Assembly (NCBI GenBank): GCA_043228905.1
Contig: JBHGNT010000014.1
Span: forward strand, 3,782,001-3,846,000
Reading direction: 5' to 3'
Source: Azolla caroliniana
Lineage: Eukaryota > Plantae > Polypodiophyta
DNA: 64,000 nt
Shown: piece after piece, positions 1 to 12,374 of the stretch
How positions within the stretch are numbered: the stretch's first letter is position 1
How the letters are laid out: each line of letters begins with the position of its first letter
Position numbers and translations under genes: made by a program
The notes under the pieces: model-generated
The model's input: the letters and a program-made list of their open reading frames with translations, nothing else
The model's database searches: none
Told to the model about the DNA's origin: nothing

Positions 1-1308
1 CTGAATTATTAGTTATTCTCTAACAATACCAACAATAATTTCTATTATATGCTAAATTCTTGTTACGATAGCATTGCCTTAAATTGGATTTATATCTTAT
101 TTCGCAGGCTTGTATGAGGTCTTCACGATACCTTGGCATAAATTACTTAATACAATAGACTTTTTAGTATTTGGATATACACTAGCGACAACATGAATTT
201 GCAATTGATCTTGAAAGATTGATTAAAGTTAGAACCATTTTTCAAAGGCCTAAAATGAAACCATTTTTTTGTTGCGTATATATGTATGTGTAGATGTAGG
301 TTAAAATAAAATTACAATGTTTTGACTCATGTTTTACATTAGGTAATATCAATATGGGTTGTTTTCCACATTGCAAAATATATTAGGAGTTATTGCATTG
401 AATCTAGAGGAACCATTGCAAAATGTCTTTAACCTTCAAATGTTGACATTCATAGGCTTGGTGAGGTTTTGAATAGTAGTCGAAGTTTTCATTATGTTAG
501 TGAAGTGGTCGCAAATATGAAGCCAAGCAAAACCATTCATATTAAGGAAAGATTTGGAAGCAAAATTCAATGCAAAATCAATCGTATTAAGAAATGATTT
601 GGAACCAAAATTCAATGAGAAGATTTCCAAAACTTCTTGATAATATTCTTACCAAAATCTTTTTGACGCAAATTTTGGTTTTCCAAAACTTAAAATAAAC
701 TTTATGATTTTACCTAGACTTGAAGTTCCCTCATGTCCTCATTAACATCGCATAGATTACCAGAGGCTTTAACATATAAATTTAACTCATATATTTGAAG
801 GTTAGGAAATATCACCCCGTCCCACTTATTCAATGCACTTTACATTTTGAGAACGTTCAATATGTAAGAGGACTTACTTTCCTGCACTATGCATGACTAT
901 CTCCTACTTGATATCAGTTGACGATGAGTATGTACTCTATGAAGGAGAAAGCTGAGGTTGTAAAATGGTTTGTGAGAAACAAATTTCTCCCATATATGCT
1001 TAATTTGCTGCCCTTGACAATTCCTTGAGTTAATAACATGTTGGATACTAAACAATGGTTACTAAAATTGTGATCATTGGCCACCTCCAACCTCTCTTTT
1101 CCATCCCTCTTTCAAACTCCATACTACCTTGTTTACCATCCAAAATCACATGAAATTGTACATTACCTTGCTAGTCTTCAATCTTTTCAAACAAATTTAA
1201 TCATTCTAAAAAGACAGTAGTGACAAACATCGGCGACTCCAACTTCAAAGAATGCTGAATCAACTTGTATTTAGTTATATTGGAGAAGAAATTCCTTGGT
1301 ACATGTTA

Positions 1309-1605
1309 TGGTCTCTCCATGTACATATCTAGCATACAATTTGAAAATGATGTAAGAAAAGATAAAACGATAAAACAAGCATCTCTCTTGTCGAGGGGAT
1401 GATCATGGTAGTAGAATTGAAACGCTTTCTTTTTTGCGTTTTCTTCAACTCCAGATGCCAATCTCTCATGGTCTCTCCATGTATATATCTAGCATACAAT
1501 TTGAAAGAAAAACGATAAAACAAGAATCTCTCTCACCGAGGGGATGATATAGTAGTAGAATTGAGATGCTTTTTTTTTTTGCATTTTCTTCAGCTCCAGA
1601 AGCCA
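1309..1605. repeat. ~160-bp diverged tandem duplication downstream of the URGT stop
   Basis: ggtctctccatgta(c/t)atatctagcatacaatttgaaa...ctccaga occurs at ~1310 and again at ~1469. Confidence 0.8.
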
Positions 1606-1738
1606 AGTATCAGTAAAGACTCAGTATGCAGTTATTGTAAAAGAAACTCCCCAATAGAAACTCACCAATCGGAATCATCCCAAAATGAATTTAATTTTTC
1701 ATTTCAAGCTTCCATGATTCCAGAATGAAATCATTATT

Positions 1739-3595
1739 TCATTTCAAGCTTCCATGGCCAAGTTCGATCCCAGTCTTCTCGGTGCCACTACTTGTCACAA
1801 GCAAGGCTACGTCTTCTTCAGTGAGGCTACTCTCTTTGAAAAGAGCAGGTGGAGACACGTCCACCCTCTTCGCCTTCTCAACCGCCCAACTGTAGATCAC
1901 CATTCCAAGGATAGCCATCAACATACCCACCATGTTCTTTGCTGTCAACGATGAATCGAATAAGGCCCAACCAAGAACAAGCACACAAACCGTCTTCATG
2001 TGGCCCAACACTTGAAAAGTCACTGCCGAAAACCTGCCGATGCAAAGGTATTGGCTAATGTTGCAAAATACTGCCAGTGCACATGATAGTGCTATAAAAA
2101 ACTGATCACAAAAAAGAACATGAGAAACTTTGGAATCATATCTATCCATCGAATGATGGCATCTTTCTTTCAAATTCCAGGGATATTGGGACATGAAATA
2201 TTTTTCTTTTACTACTTACAATGGAGCCTGGGGAGAAAGGATATGCCAAGATATTCTTGCCATTCAAAATGTAGTCAACAAAAGGCCCTAGAAATAACAG
2301 CGACATAGCTTGAAATGGAGCTGTCTTCTTTAGCAATTCAAAAGAGCCAATGGAATACTTCTTCTGAAAAGATCCAATATACTGTGAAAGGGAACAAGAA
2401 AAAACCAGCAAGATTCTGTTAAAGTGGTGCCATGTTGTGAGGTTACGCTGTGTTATATCTACTATATATAGAAGTTCCCCCTCTCCCTCTCTTGTTACAT
2501 AGATACATAGATACATATAGATACAAATACATAGATACATAGATGCATAGATACATGTGGATACAAATACATAGATACATAGATACAAATACATAAATAG
2601 ATACATATAGATACAAATACATACATGGATACATACATATATCCTATGCTTTGATATGTGAACGTGCTGCATACATGTGAAACTCTAGTGATTGATTGAC
2701 AGAAGCGAAGGCTTACAATCTGTTGCAAGGATGAGGAAAGCACAGCAATGAGAGCTGACACAAAGCCTCCAAAATTGATATGCACATCTGTGACTGTGCA
2801 TACAGCAACACCAACCACCACCACTACCACCGCCGCCTTCACTTCTTTAGTGTATGTTTTGCTATGGAGGATCCATTCAAGCACACATACGACCGGCACC
2901 ATGCTTAATTTCGAGATCTGATGAAGACATGATGAGAAAAGAGAATCATAAGATTCGATTCCAATCCAGAGAATTGAATGTGGGAAAATGCAAGTCAATC
3001 TCATTGCCGGAATCGCAGCAAACGGAAACATAGACAGGATATGTAATTGGTAAAGATGAGGAGCCATCAGATTCGATGCATCGGTGTGTAGTATATGAAG
3101 GGAGAAAATACCTGATAAAACCCTACTGAATTGAGCATTAGGCTTAGGTTCATGCAAACGATGGAGGTATTTGCGACTACAGAAAACCATAGGAGGTCAT
3201 TGAAAGGAACAGTCTGCTTTGAGACTTCTCCCGTGATTGATGAAGAAACATAACCAACCAGAGCTGTGACCGTGAAATGGAAGGCTGTGAGGGTAGTAGC
3301 TGCAGATCTCGGACATAAAGCCGGCCACAAAACAGAGACTTGCTGAGTTTTTTGAATCAAATGGAAGCAAACAAGGGATGATATAGATATATATATACAT
3401 ACCGAATCGGAAATCGTAGCCTTTGGGGGACATGACTTGCTTGTTGGCCATGATGATGCCCACAGAGCTGGTGATGTTCATGGCCCATGCGCCCACATCT
3501 GCAACAACCTCCTCTCTCTTCTTGTTGCTACCAGAAGTGGAAGAGGAAGAATTAGAATTAGAAGAAGAAGAAGAGATTTTACTCTCCTCAGGCAT
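1739..3595 (-). CDS. URGT: Nucleotide-sugar transporter, UDP-rhamnose/UDP-galactose transporter (URGT/TPT family). Exons 3403-3595, 3112-3299, 2717-2917, 2220-2381, 1739-2101
   Basis: ORF pieces join across four GT-AG introns into ...DVGAWAMNITSSVGIIMANKQVMS..FRF/ATTLTAFHF..NSVGFYQ/ISKLSMVPVV..LQQI/YIGSFQKKY..PGSI/FFIALSCALAVFCNISQYLCIGRFSAVTFQVLGHMKT. These motifs are typical of plant URGT proteins. ATG at 3593-3595, TGA at 1739-1741. The family is recognised; the paralog is not. Confidence 0.9.
2497..2641. repeat. Compound ATAC/AGAT microsatellite in URGT intron 3
   Basis: Repeating acatagatacatagatacaaatac units. Confidence 0.9.
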
Positions 3596-3823
3596 CTCTC
3601 TGTCTGTGTGTCTGTGTGTGTGTGCCTTTGGATTAACTTGTAAAGAAAGAAGAAAGAATAGCGCAATGGTGGGGCTCTTCTCTTCTTCTTCTCTTCTCAC
3701 GTAGATTTCTTTCTTTCTTTTCACATCTTCCCTCTGAAGAAGGTAAGCCAATATATGTATATGTATATGTATATATGTATAAATATGTATAAATATGTAT
3801 ATTCAGATCTATATGCATCTCAC

Positions 3824-3892
3824 ACACTCTCTTTCACATGTGTATCACGTGAAATATAATATTTATGGTCTCATAGGTCATAATTTCACCTC
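3824..3892 (+). mobile_element. Short 3'-end fragment of the local LINE family just upstream of URGT, containing a G-box
   Basis: ctttcac..gtatcacgtgaaat.taatattt..ggtctcataggtcata.tt..acctcc matches the reverse complement of the LINE 3' end at ~20712-20780. Confidence 0.7.
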
Positions 3893-4306
3893 CCACGTCT
3901 TTGGGCTCTAACTTATTGGCATAAAATGCCGACTCCTTCTACTTTATTATCCTTAGTGTGAACACATTCTCGAGCTAGGGCTTAAGTATATATGCCTAGA
4001 GCCTAACGTTGTAAAGACAGTCTTGGAGAGAAAAAGAGTTTTACAGAGAAGAGAATAACAGAGAGCTTCCATTGAAGCCTAATCTGTGTCTATCCTCTTT
4101 TTCTCGTTGCATATCTGTGTTATTTGTTGTACACATTTTACACTGCAGGTCCTCATCTTCATCATCCGCTGCCCACCATCATATCTTCCACAAGTCGTAT
4201 CAGAGCGACCTTGCTGTCCAGCGGCAACGAAATGCATAAAAGACTTAGAAGGGAAGCTATCTGGTTGAAAGAAAAGACCAGGTCAACAAAATCTACTTTC
4301 CAAAAA

Positions 4307-7300
4307 ATGGCGACACAATCTGGCACAAATGTGGAAATCCGGAAGTTCTCGATGGGAAGAACTTCGCCCTATGGAAAGAGATGATGCATGATGTACTCAT
4401 CATTCGGGGTCAAATCAAGGCTATGAGACACAACAACAAACCAACCTCGATGACAGTAGAAGAATGACATTCACTGGATGAGATAGCCAGGTCGACCATT
4501 CAAATGCATATGGACGAGAACGTCTGTTTTAGCATGACCAAGGAGACAACAACATTCTCTTTGTGGGAAAAGTTACAATCGGTGTACGAGAAAAAGTCCT
4601 CCTCTTCAATGTTGATACTAATTCGACAGTTATTCAACATGAAGCTGAGAGAGACGGATCCAACAACCTCCCACATCAACACCCTCAGTCGGGTGTTATT
4701 TGAACTCTCCTCCCAAGGGATCAACTTCGAAGAAGAAGTTAAATACCTTGCCCTCCTTTCGAGCTTTCCGGCGAGTTGGGAGGTATTCTACATGACTTTT
4801 GCCAATAGTTGTCTGAATCTAAATCTAGATGAGACGATCGGACAAGTTCTCATCGAGGATATTCGGCGAAAATTGATGGGACTCACCATCGATGAGTCAG
4901 CAAAAGCCCACCACTCGACCGAGTTGATCGAGCGATCTAGTCGATCGAGAGAACTGGTCAAAACTCTAGTCGACCAAGAGAGAGGGGAGATTGACAACGA
5001 TCGAAGTCGAGGAATAGTCGATCAAGTGATTTCTACACCCACTGCAGAAAAGCTGGTCACAATGTTTTTGGCTATTGGTCGATCAAGAGGAAGGAGAACG
5101 GTCGACGGTGTTAGGAATATGTCCCTCCAGTGGGAGGAGCCGACTGTTCGGCCCAAGTAGTGCCGATAGTCGAAGACTAAGAGGAGTACCGATTGTTGGA
5201 GAGTCGACTGCAAGAAAGTTGACTGGATGAGTCGACAGAAAGGAGATCCAGGTCGAAGATGCGACCAACTAGTCGAGCCGAACAGATGGTTGATGACCAA
5301 GCCGACTAGTCGGACAGGCTGGACAATCAACACTAGGGTCAACTAATGGCTACTTATTATTATAGATAATAATAGCAATGTTGTGTAGTAGTGGCTACAT
5401 TTGTAAATAACCCATATAGGGTATTAGTATAAATACACTTAGGGCAAGTTCTGTTTGTAAGTGAGTGATGCAGAATTGTGTGTGATTCTCTGTTGTAAAG
5501 AACGATAGAGAAGTGTGAAAACGAGAAGAGAGGTTGAGTGAGCAGCGCTATAGCTGTGTTCTGTAATAGCATATGCCAAGAGCCCTGCACGACTTATACA
5601 CTCGGTGTAGAGGGTGTTGTACTCAAATCTCGTCATTGTATATCCACTGTATAGTGAAGCTCCGTTCTCCGTGGTTTTTCTCCCGCTTTAGGGTTTCCAC
5701 GTAAAATCTGTGTACACTTTGCTCTGCGGTTCCAAACTGTGTATTTCAATGCATTTCTTCTTGTGGATTGACGATTCGTTTCTCAACAGACAGTTCGAAC
5801 GAAACTCAGGACAATCTGACTCGAACTGTTCTCCAATCAGCAACCAAATATGTTGTCGACTCCCGATCAAGAGAAATCCTATCTCTTGAGGACTCAATGA
5901 TTACTGGACTTTGGTGCGCAAGACATGCACAAATGTGGTTACTGGACTCTGGTGCCACATTTCACGTGACCCCAAATATCGAATGGTTTTCAAACTATTC
6001 GGCCGGAGCCAACAACACATTCTGACTAGGCAACGAGCAAGAGTGCGCAATCGTAGGGATCGGAGAGGTTCCCATCCAATTGCCAAATGACAATACTATC
6101 ACCCTGCACCAAGTCTGGCATGTATCTGCGCTAAAGAGGAGTTTGGTTTCCATCAGCATGCCAGCAACAGCCGAGTATAGAACGACTCTCAATGAGTCAT
6201 CATAGATGATTAGCCAAGGGAATATGAAAATCAGAGGTGCATACAAGTACAATAGCCGACATCTGTTGATGGAGATTAGTCTAGAAGGGGCCTTGAATGT
6301 AGCCGAATCACGTGACTTAAACCTATGGCATGGCTGACTAGGCCATATGTCTCAAGCCGGACTAGATCGGTTGATGGCGATTGGCTACGTCCCGAAGCTC
6401 CAGACAAAGACGAACTTCTGCGAACATTGTCGTTATGGGAAACATACATGAAGTCCGCACTCTCTCCACTATGAGACAGTACGATAGCCGTTAGAGCTTG
6501 TGCACACATACATCTGTGGGCCGATGCTCGAGAGATCTCTAAGAAGCTCCCGATACTTCATCACATTCATAGATGATTGTACATGGAAATTCTGGTCCTA
6601 CTCGATTAGGTCAAAAGACGAAGTGCTCGAGGTCTTCACTCACTGGTTAGCCGAAGTGGAGACCTGATCATGATATAGGGTAAAGACATTCTGCTCCGGC
6701 AATGGAGGTGAATATACCTCCTCAGCCTTCAAGCAATACTTGTCCGACAAAGGGATCCGATATCAAAAGACCATTCCCTATACTCCCATGCAAAATGCCG
6801 TGGCGGAACGAATCAAACAGACGATTCAGGTGAGAGTGACGACAATGCTCTAGCACTCCAGACTAAAGCTAGAATTCTAGGCCGAGGCATTGTTGACAAC
6901 AGTATATTTGATAAATCAATTGTCGTCGAAAGCAATCAGGCTTGAAGTTCCCCATGCACTATGGTCAGGAAAAGAGCTGACCTACGATCGGCTTTGTATA
7001 TTCGGATGCGAAGCCTATGCATGTATCCCCAGGGAGAAACAAACCAAGTTGGCGCCCCATGCAACAAAGTGCATATGCCTCGGTTCTGGAACTGATGGGG
7101 AATTCGGCTATAGGTTATGGGATTGAAACAATCGGAAATGGATTTGGAGTAGTGATGTAGTCTGGCGTAGTCTTCAATGAAGACTTTATTCTCTTTGAAC
7201 AGAACCAACCGAAAATGGTCGGCAAAAAGGTTTCCTTCGAAATCAACAGAGACGCCGTTGAAGTACCAACCCATCAGGTGGAATCAGAAATTTGACAAAT

Positions 7301-9288
7301 AGTCGAAGAAAACCAAGCCAACAATCCCTCTACCGAATCCGAATTGGAAAGAGGTCCACTATTCGAAATAGATTCGACTAAAAGATTGACAAGAGGTGAA
7401 AGAGATGGAGTCGAAACGACCAAATCACCTAAACCGGCCAAAGGCACCGAAAGGTCGCATAGAATCGATCAAGGCACCAACCAATCCGTCAATCAATCCT
7501 GAAGAAGGGGAGGATGATTCGATATTGCCGAAATCCTATTGCAAGGGAGAATCATCCCGAAGGACTCCTGAGGATGGTTCAACCAATACTTATCAGCCAA
7601 TAGAGTAGATCGAAGAATCTGAACCAATCAATTGGGCACCGAGGAGATCAGGACGAGTTCGAAGGCCAACATAGTTCTATCAACTAGGCCTCGACTACAT
7701 CAATTGCATGGACATAGGCGAACCAAGCTCTTACGACAAAGCTTTAGCCGCGCCAGATGCCGACACATGGCTACAAGGCATGAAATCCGAGATGGACTCG
7801 ATTCGTCAGAATCAAACATGGGAGCCAATCGAATTACCAGCTAGAAGGAAGCCGCTACCTTGCAAATGGGTCTTCAGATACAAATATGTATATGACTTAG
7901 AGAAGCCCAAATGCAAAGTTCGACTTGTCGCAAAGGGATTCAAACAAGAACATGGGGTCGAGTACGACAAGATATTCTCACTAGTAGTCAAGATGACCAC
8001 CTTTCGGCTCCTACTTGAGGTTATGGCGATTGAAGACCTAGAGGTCGAGCAGCTGGACGTCAATACGACATTCCTGCAGGGAGACTTGGAAGAAGACATC
8101 TATATGTCTCAACCGGCATACTTCATAGCGACGGGGGAGGAAGGTCACCTCCACCTCGTATGTTGACTGAAGAAAAGCCTTTACGCCTTAAAACAAGCAT
8201 CGCGGATGTGGTACTAGAAGTTCAACTCCTATATCAGGCAACTTGGCTACCATCAATCCAACTCCGACCCATGCATGTACCCTTGACAACTGGCTGACGA
8301 GTCCCGGATCTATCTGATCCTATACGTCGACGAAATGCTCATTGTAGGGAGTAATCGAGTGGAGATCGGAATACTAAAGTGGACCCTTCATAGCAATTTT
8401 GCAATGAAAGAACTTGAACAAGCCCGACACATACTAGGGATGCAGATAGAGCGAAATCGAACAGCGAAGACTCTCCAGCTCTCCCAGCCCGACTACATAT
8501 AAAAGGTGTTGAAGTGCTTCAACATGGAGAACGCGAAGCCAACATCAACTCTGCTTCCGATGTCAATCCAACTATCAGATAGAGACTCTCATTCGACAAA
8601 TGAGGAGAGAAAGCTCATTGGAAAGATACCCTACGCATCAACGGTAGGAAGTATCATGTACGCAATGGTGGCGACCCGACCCGATCTTGCCTATGTCGTA
8701 GGGGTCGTCAGACGATACATGTCGAACCTAGGACGGAAGCATTGGGAGGCCGACGAGCACATCTTTAGGTATCTGAGAGGAACCAAGGATGCACGATTGA
8801 CTTTCGGATCAGCCAATTCGACCGAAGTCGAAGGCTATACTGACTCCGACTATGCCAGAAATATGGATAATCGGAAGTTGACATCAGCCTATCTTTTCAC
8901 CTATGGTGGTGGCAGCATGTCATGGAGGTCAAAGCTTCAAGAGTGCATGACCTTGTCTAAAACAGAGGCTGAGTATATAGCAGCATTGGAGGCAGCAAAG
9001 GAAGCCATCTGGTTGCACCGACTCTTAGTCAACTTCTCGACGAAAAGACAAATCAACCATCCAACGTTGACCATCTATTGCAACTCACAGAGCACAATAC
9101 ACCTCATTAGAGATCTAGTCTATCATGCGAAGCCGAAACACATTGAGGTACAATTTCATCACATTCGGGAGCTCATAATAGAGAAGAAGCCCAAAGTCCA
9201 GAAGATCGACACCGAGGTGAACATTGTCGAATGCTTCGGAGCACTAAGGACAATGATGGGACTACGACATGCGACTGAGAAGAAGTGA
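4307..9288 (+). pseudogene. Disrupted gag-pol of copia A
   Basis: ORF fragments 4504-5160 (gag), 7708-8166 (RT) and 8506-9288 (RT/RNase H). Confidence 0.85.
5109..5788 (+). mobile_element. Solo LTR of a copia family related to element E, inserted in gag of A
   Basis: TGTT...AACA ends. TSD gacgg/gacag. Shares gtccctcc, tttgtaaata, tagggcaa and ccgtggttttt..tttagggtttccacg motifs with the LTR at 30852. Confidence 0.8.
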
Positions 9289-10118
9289 ACCGAACGAGGA
9301 GCAAAAGGTAAGTCGAAGGTCGGCCCGATCAAACGAGCGGAAAAGGCAAAGTCAAAACGAGCGGAAGATGCAGCACTGAGCAAGGACATCGACTGGAGAG
9401 GAGACGATCAAGGGATGAACGAAACTGAAGACAGATCGAGCATCCAACGGGGAGCCCAGGAGCAAGCACAAGCAGAAAACAAACGGTCGAGTAGAGGCCG
9501 AGAGTAAGAATTGGACATGAACTGATGCAAACAAATGAGCCAATTTAGACACAAGATGATTCAAACAAGTCAACTTGACTGACTCAGACAAGGCAATCTG
9601 GAGGACATACGATCTAGATAACTAGCCGAATTAGGCTAGAGACCTACTTTACCTCTGTAAATTCGGCCATATGCCGACAATGTTGCATGTATACTTGTCA
9701 CTATAGATTATATTTGTAATCTAGGTTCACGGGGGAGATAAGCCCAATTATTTGTATACATAGGAAAGAGTAGCTCTTTTATTGGGGATTTTGTTGGCAT
9801 AAAAGACTCACTCCTTCCACTTTGTATCCTTAGTGTAAACATATTCTCTAGCTAGGGCTTGAGTATATAAGATCAAAGCCTAATGTTGTAAAGACAGTCT
9901 TGGAGAGAAAAAGAGTTATAGAGAAGAGAATAATAGAGAACTTCCATTGAAGCTTAATCTGTATCTATCATCTACCTTTCTTCCTCTTCTTCTCGTTGCA
10001 TATATGTGTTGTTTGCTGTACACATTTTACCTTGTAGGTCCTCCTCCTCCTTATCATCCGCTGCCCACCATCATATCTTCCACACAACTCCCTTTGGATG
10101 AACACAATGCATCATCTC

Positions 10119-10138
10119 CTTGTGTGTGTGTATGTAAG

Positions 10139-10197
<59 letters not shown>
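10119..10197. repeat. (TG)n/(GATA)n/(GA)n microsatellite
   Basis: Direct reading. Confidence 0.95.
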
Positions 10198-10200
<3 letters not shown>

Positions 10201-10307
10201 AGAATTAGAATTTTTATCGTCCATAAAGAGGCTAGTTTTGGCCTATGGGACTGGCGTATACATGTGTTTTTGATATGTGTCTCCTTCCTAAGAAGGGATA
10301 TTCATAC
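10198..10307 (-). mobile_element. 3' end of LINE-2, separated from its body (22697-23461) by copia B
   Basis: The sequence is continuous across the CATAC TSD of B. The end gtcccataggcca...gacgataa plus a short (ttctaa) tail resembles the LINE-1 3' end. Confidence 0.7.
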
Positions 10308-12374
10308 TATAAAGAAGGTGAGACATAGGTGGTGCTATGCAATGGAAGCGAACTGTGTGTGTGTGAGTACACATAAGGCAAGATAGATAGATAGAGAGAG
10401 AGAGAGAGAACTTGAACAAGAAGTTGTATATGTATAAAAAGAGAATTACATCCAACAATAACTAAGTTACAAAAGGTTGGTTTAAATACCAACTGATCTA
10501 GGGCAAGTGCCCTTTCTACTAATTACAAAGCTAGTCTAGTATGATGTCCACTGACTAGTGTGAACACTATCTCTAAAGGAAGTTGAGTTCGATTCTCAAC
10601 ACGCCCCTTCGAACACAACTTCTGGATGTCGAAAAGTTAGTTCGGTTCGCTCCTCGAGAATCTTCGATTTGGTTGAATCAACTTTCGAAAGGTTAGTCGA
10701 CATGGCTTATGATTTCGATTGTTCGATTGCTATGTCTTTGTTCGGCTCGATTATCATCGTACTTTGACTCCTCTAGTCGGCTTCGATGGACTGCTGTTTT
10801 TCGGTACTCCCACTCAAGTGCGGCTAGTCGGTGATCGAGAGACCAAGGTTCGTCACGAACTGCTGCAACTTGTCAATCCCTAGGGCTTTTGTGAAGATGT
10901 CAACTACTTGAAAATTGGTGCTGATGTGATGTACGTCAACATCTCCAGCCTAAACGCGTTCCCGAATGAACTAGTAATGCACTTCGATATGTTTGGTCCG
11001 CACGTGGAACACGGGGTTCCGAGCCAAGTGGATATTGCTCATATTGTCGTAGTATAGGAGAATTGGATTCTTGATGGGATTGTCCAAATCCTTCAAAATG
11101 CGTTTGAGCTAAATAGCTTCGCATGCGGCGATTGCCACACCTCTGTATTCGACCTCTATGCTCGACAATGCGAATGTCGGTTGCTTCTTACTGCTCAAGT
11201 AGATTGCTCCGCTATCGAGGGAGAAGACAAATCTGGAAGTTAATTGTTTATCGGCCTTATAGCCGGCCCAGTCTGCGTTCGTGTACCCTTCGAGCCAAAT
11301 AATCGTATTCGACTTATACAAGATGCCGAAATCCATCGTCCCATAGACGTACCTAAGTACCCGCTTAGCGCAATCGAGAGGAACATTTTGAGGATTCTGT
11401 ATAAATTGGCTAAGTAGGCTGACCGAATAGTTGAGGTCGGGTCGTGTGATGGTTAGATAGATTAGGCTACCGATCAGTTGTCAACACTGAGGCAACTTGC
11501 ACTCTTCTGTTCCCGAATCGGCATCGAGTTTGAGATTTCGATCAAGAGGGGTAGACACATGTTTGTACTCTCTCATTCCAAACTTGTAGAGTAAGTTGAG
11601 GATGTAGTGTCGTTGACAGGTCAATATCCCGACTGGTGTCCGAATTACTTCAATATCGAGGAAGTAATGGAGCTCATGCATATCTTTCATTTCGAATTTT
11701 CCGGATTGGAATGGTTTGACCTTATCAATCTCAGCGAGATCCTTTCCTCTGATGACCAGATCATCCACGTACAGGATGATGACAATCCATGTACAGGATG
11801 ATGACAACCGGGTTGTTCGACTCGTTTTGGATGTACAAGAAGTTATTCGATTTCGACATTTGAAAGTCGATTTGGTACAGATATTGGGTGATCATTGAAT
11901 GCCAAGCACGCGGTGCTTGCTTGAGGCCGTATAAAGGCTTCCAGAGTCGGTAGACTGTTGTCGGGTGTTTGCTCGATTCGAAACTGGGTGGTTGAATCAT
12001 GAAGACCTCCTCGTCTAATTCACCTTGGAGAAAGACGTTCTTTGCGTCCATCTGGTGGAGGTACCACCCTTTTGCAACTGCGAGTGCGATGATTGTCTGA
12101 ATAGTCATATCATCTTCGCCACCGGGGTTAAGGTCTCCTCGGAATCAACTCCGTGCATTTGAGTGTATCCCTTAGCTACGAGTCGTGCCTTTTAGAGATT
12201 TACTGAGCCATCGACATTATATTTCACTTTGAAAATCCATCTACAACCGATTGCTTTCTTGCTTGAAGTATGGGGGACGAGATCCCATGTCTCATTTTTG
12301 CTTAACGCATGCATCTCCTCATTCATTGCTTCGATCCATCGTGGATCCTTGGCTGCCTCGGAGAAGTTTTCCGG

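Larger units (their letters stand above)
3914..10084 (+). mobile_element. Decayed Ty1/copia LTR retrotransposon A (LTRs 3914-4192 and 9792-10084)
   Basis: Paired diverged LTRs. TSD taact/caact. Degenerate iMet PBS tcgtatcagagc at 4195. gag-PR-IN-RT-RH remnants (WLLDSGATFH, CKWVF, TDSDYA) with many stops and frameshifts. Confidence 0.9.

Noticed and set aside
1-1300. Short ORF 436-630 and AT-rich sequence with small imperfect repeats
   Set aside because: No recognisable motif, terminal repeats or TSD; left as intergenic.
2142-2672. 176-aa and overlapping YLCIY-repeat ORFs as separate proteins
   Set aside because: They are translations of an intronic microsatellite fused to URGT exon 4.
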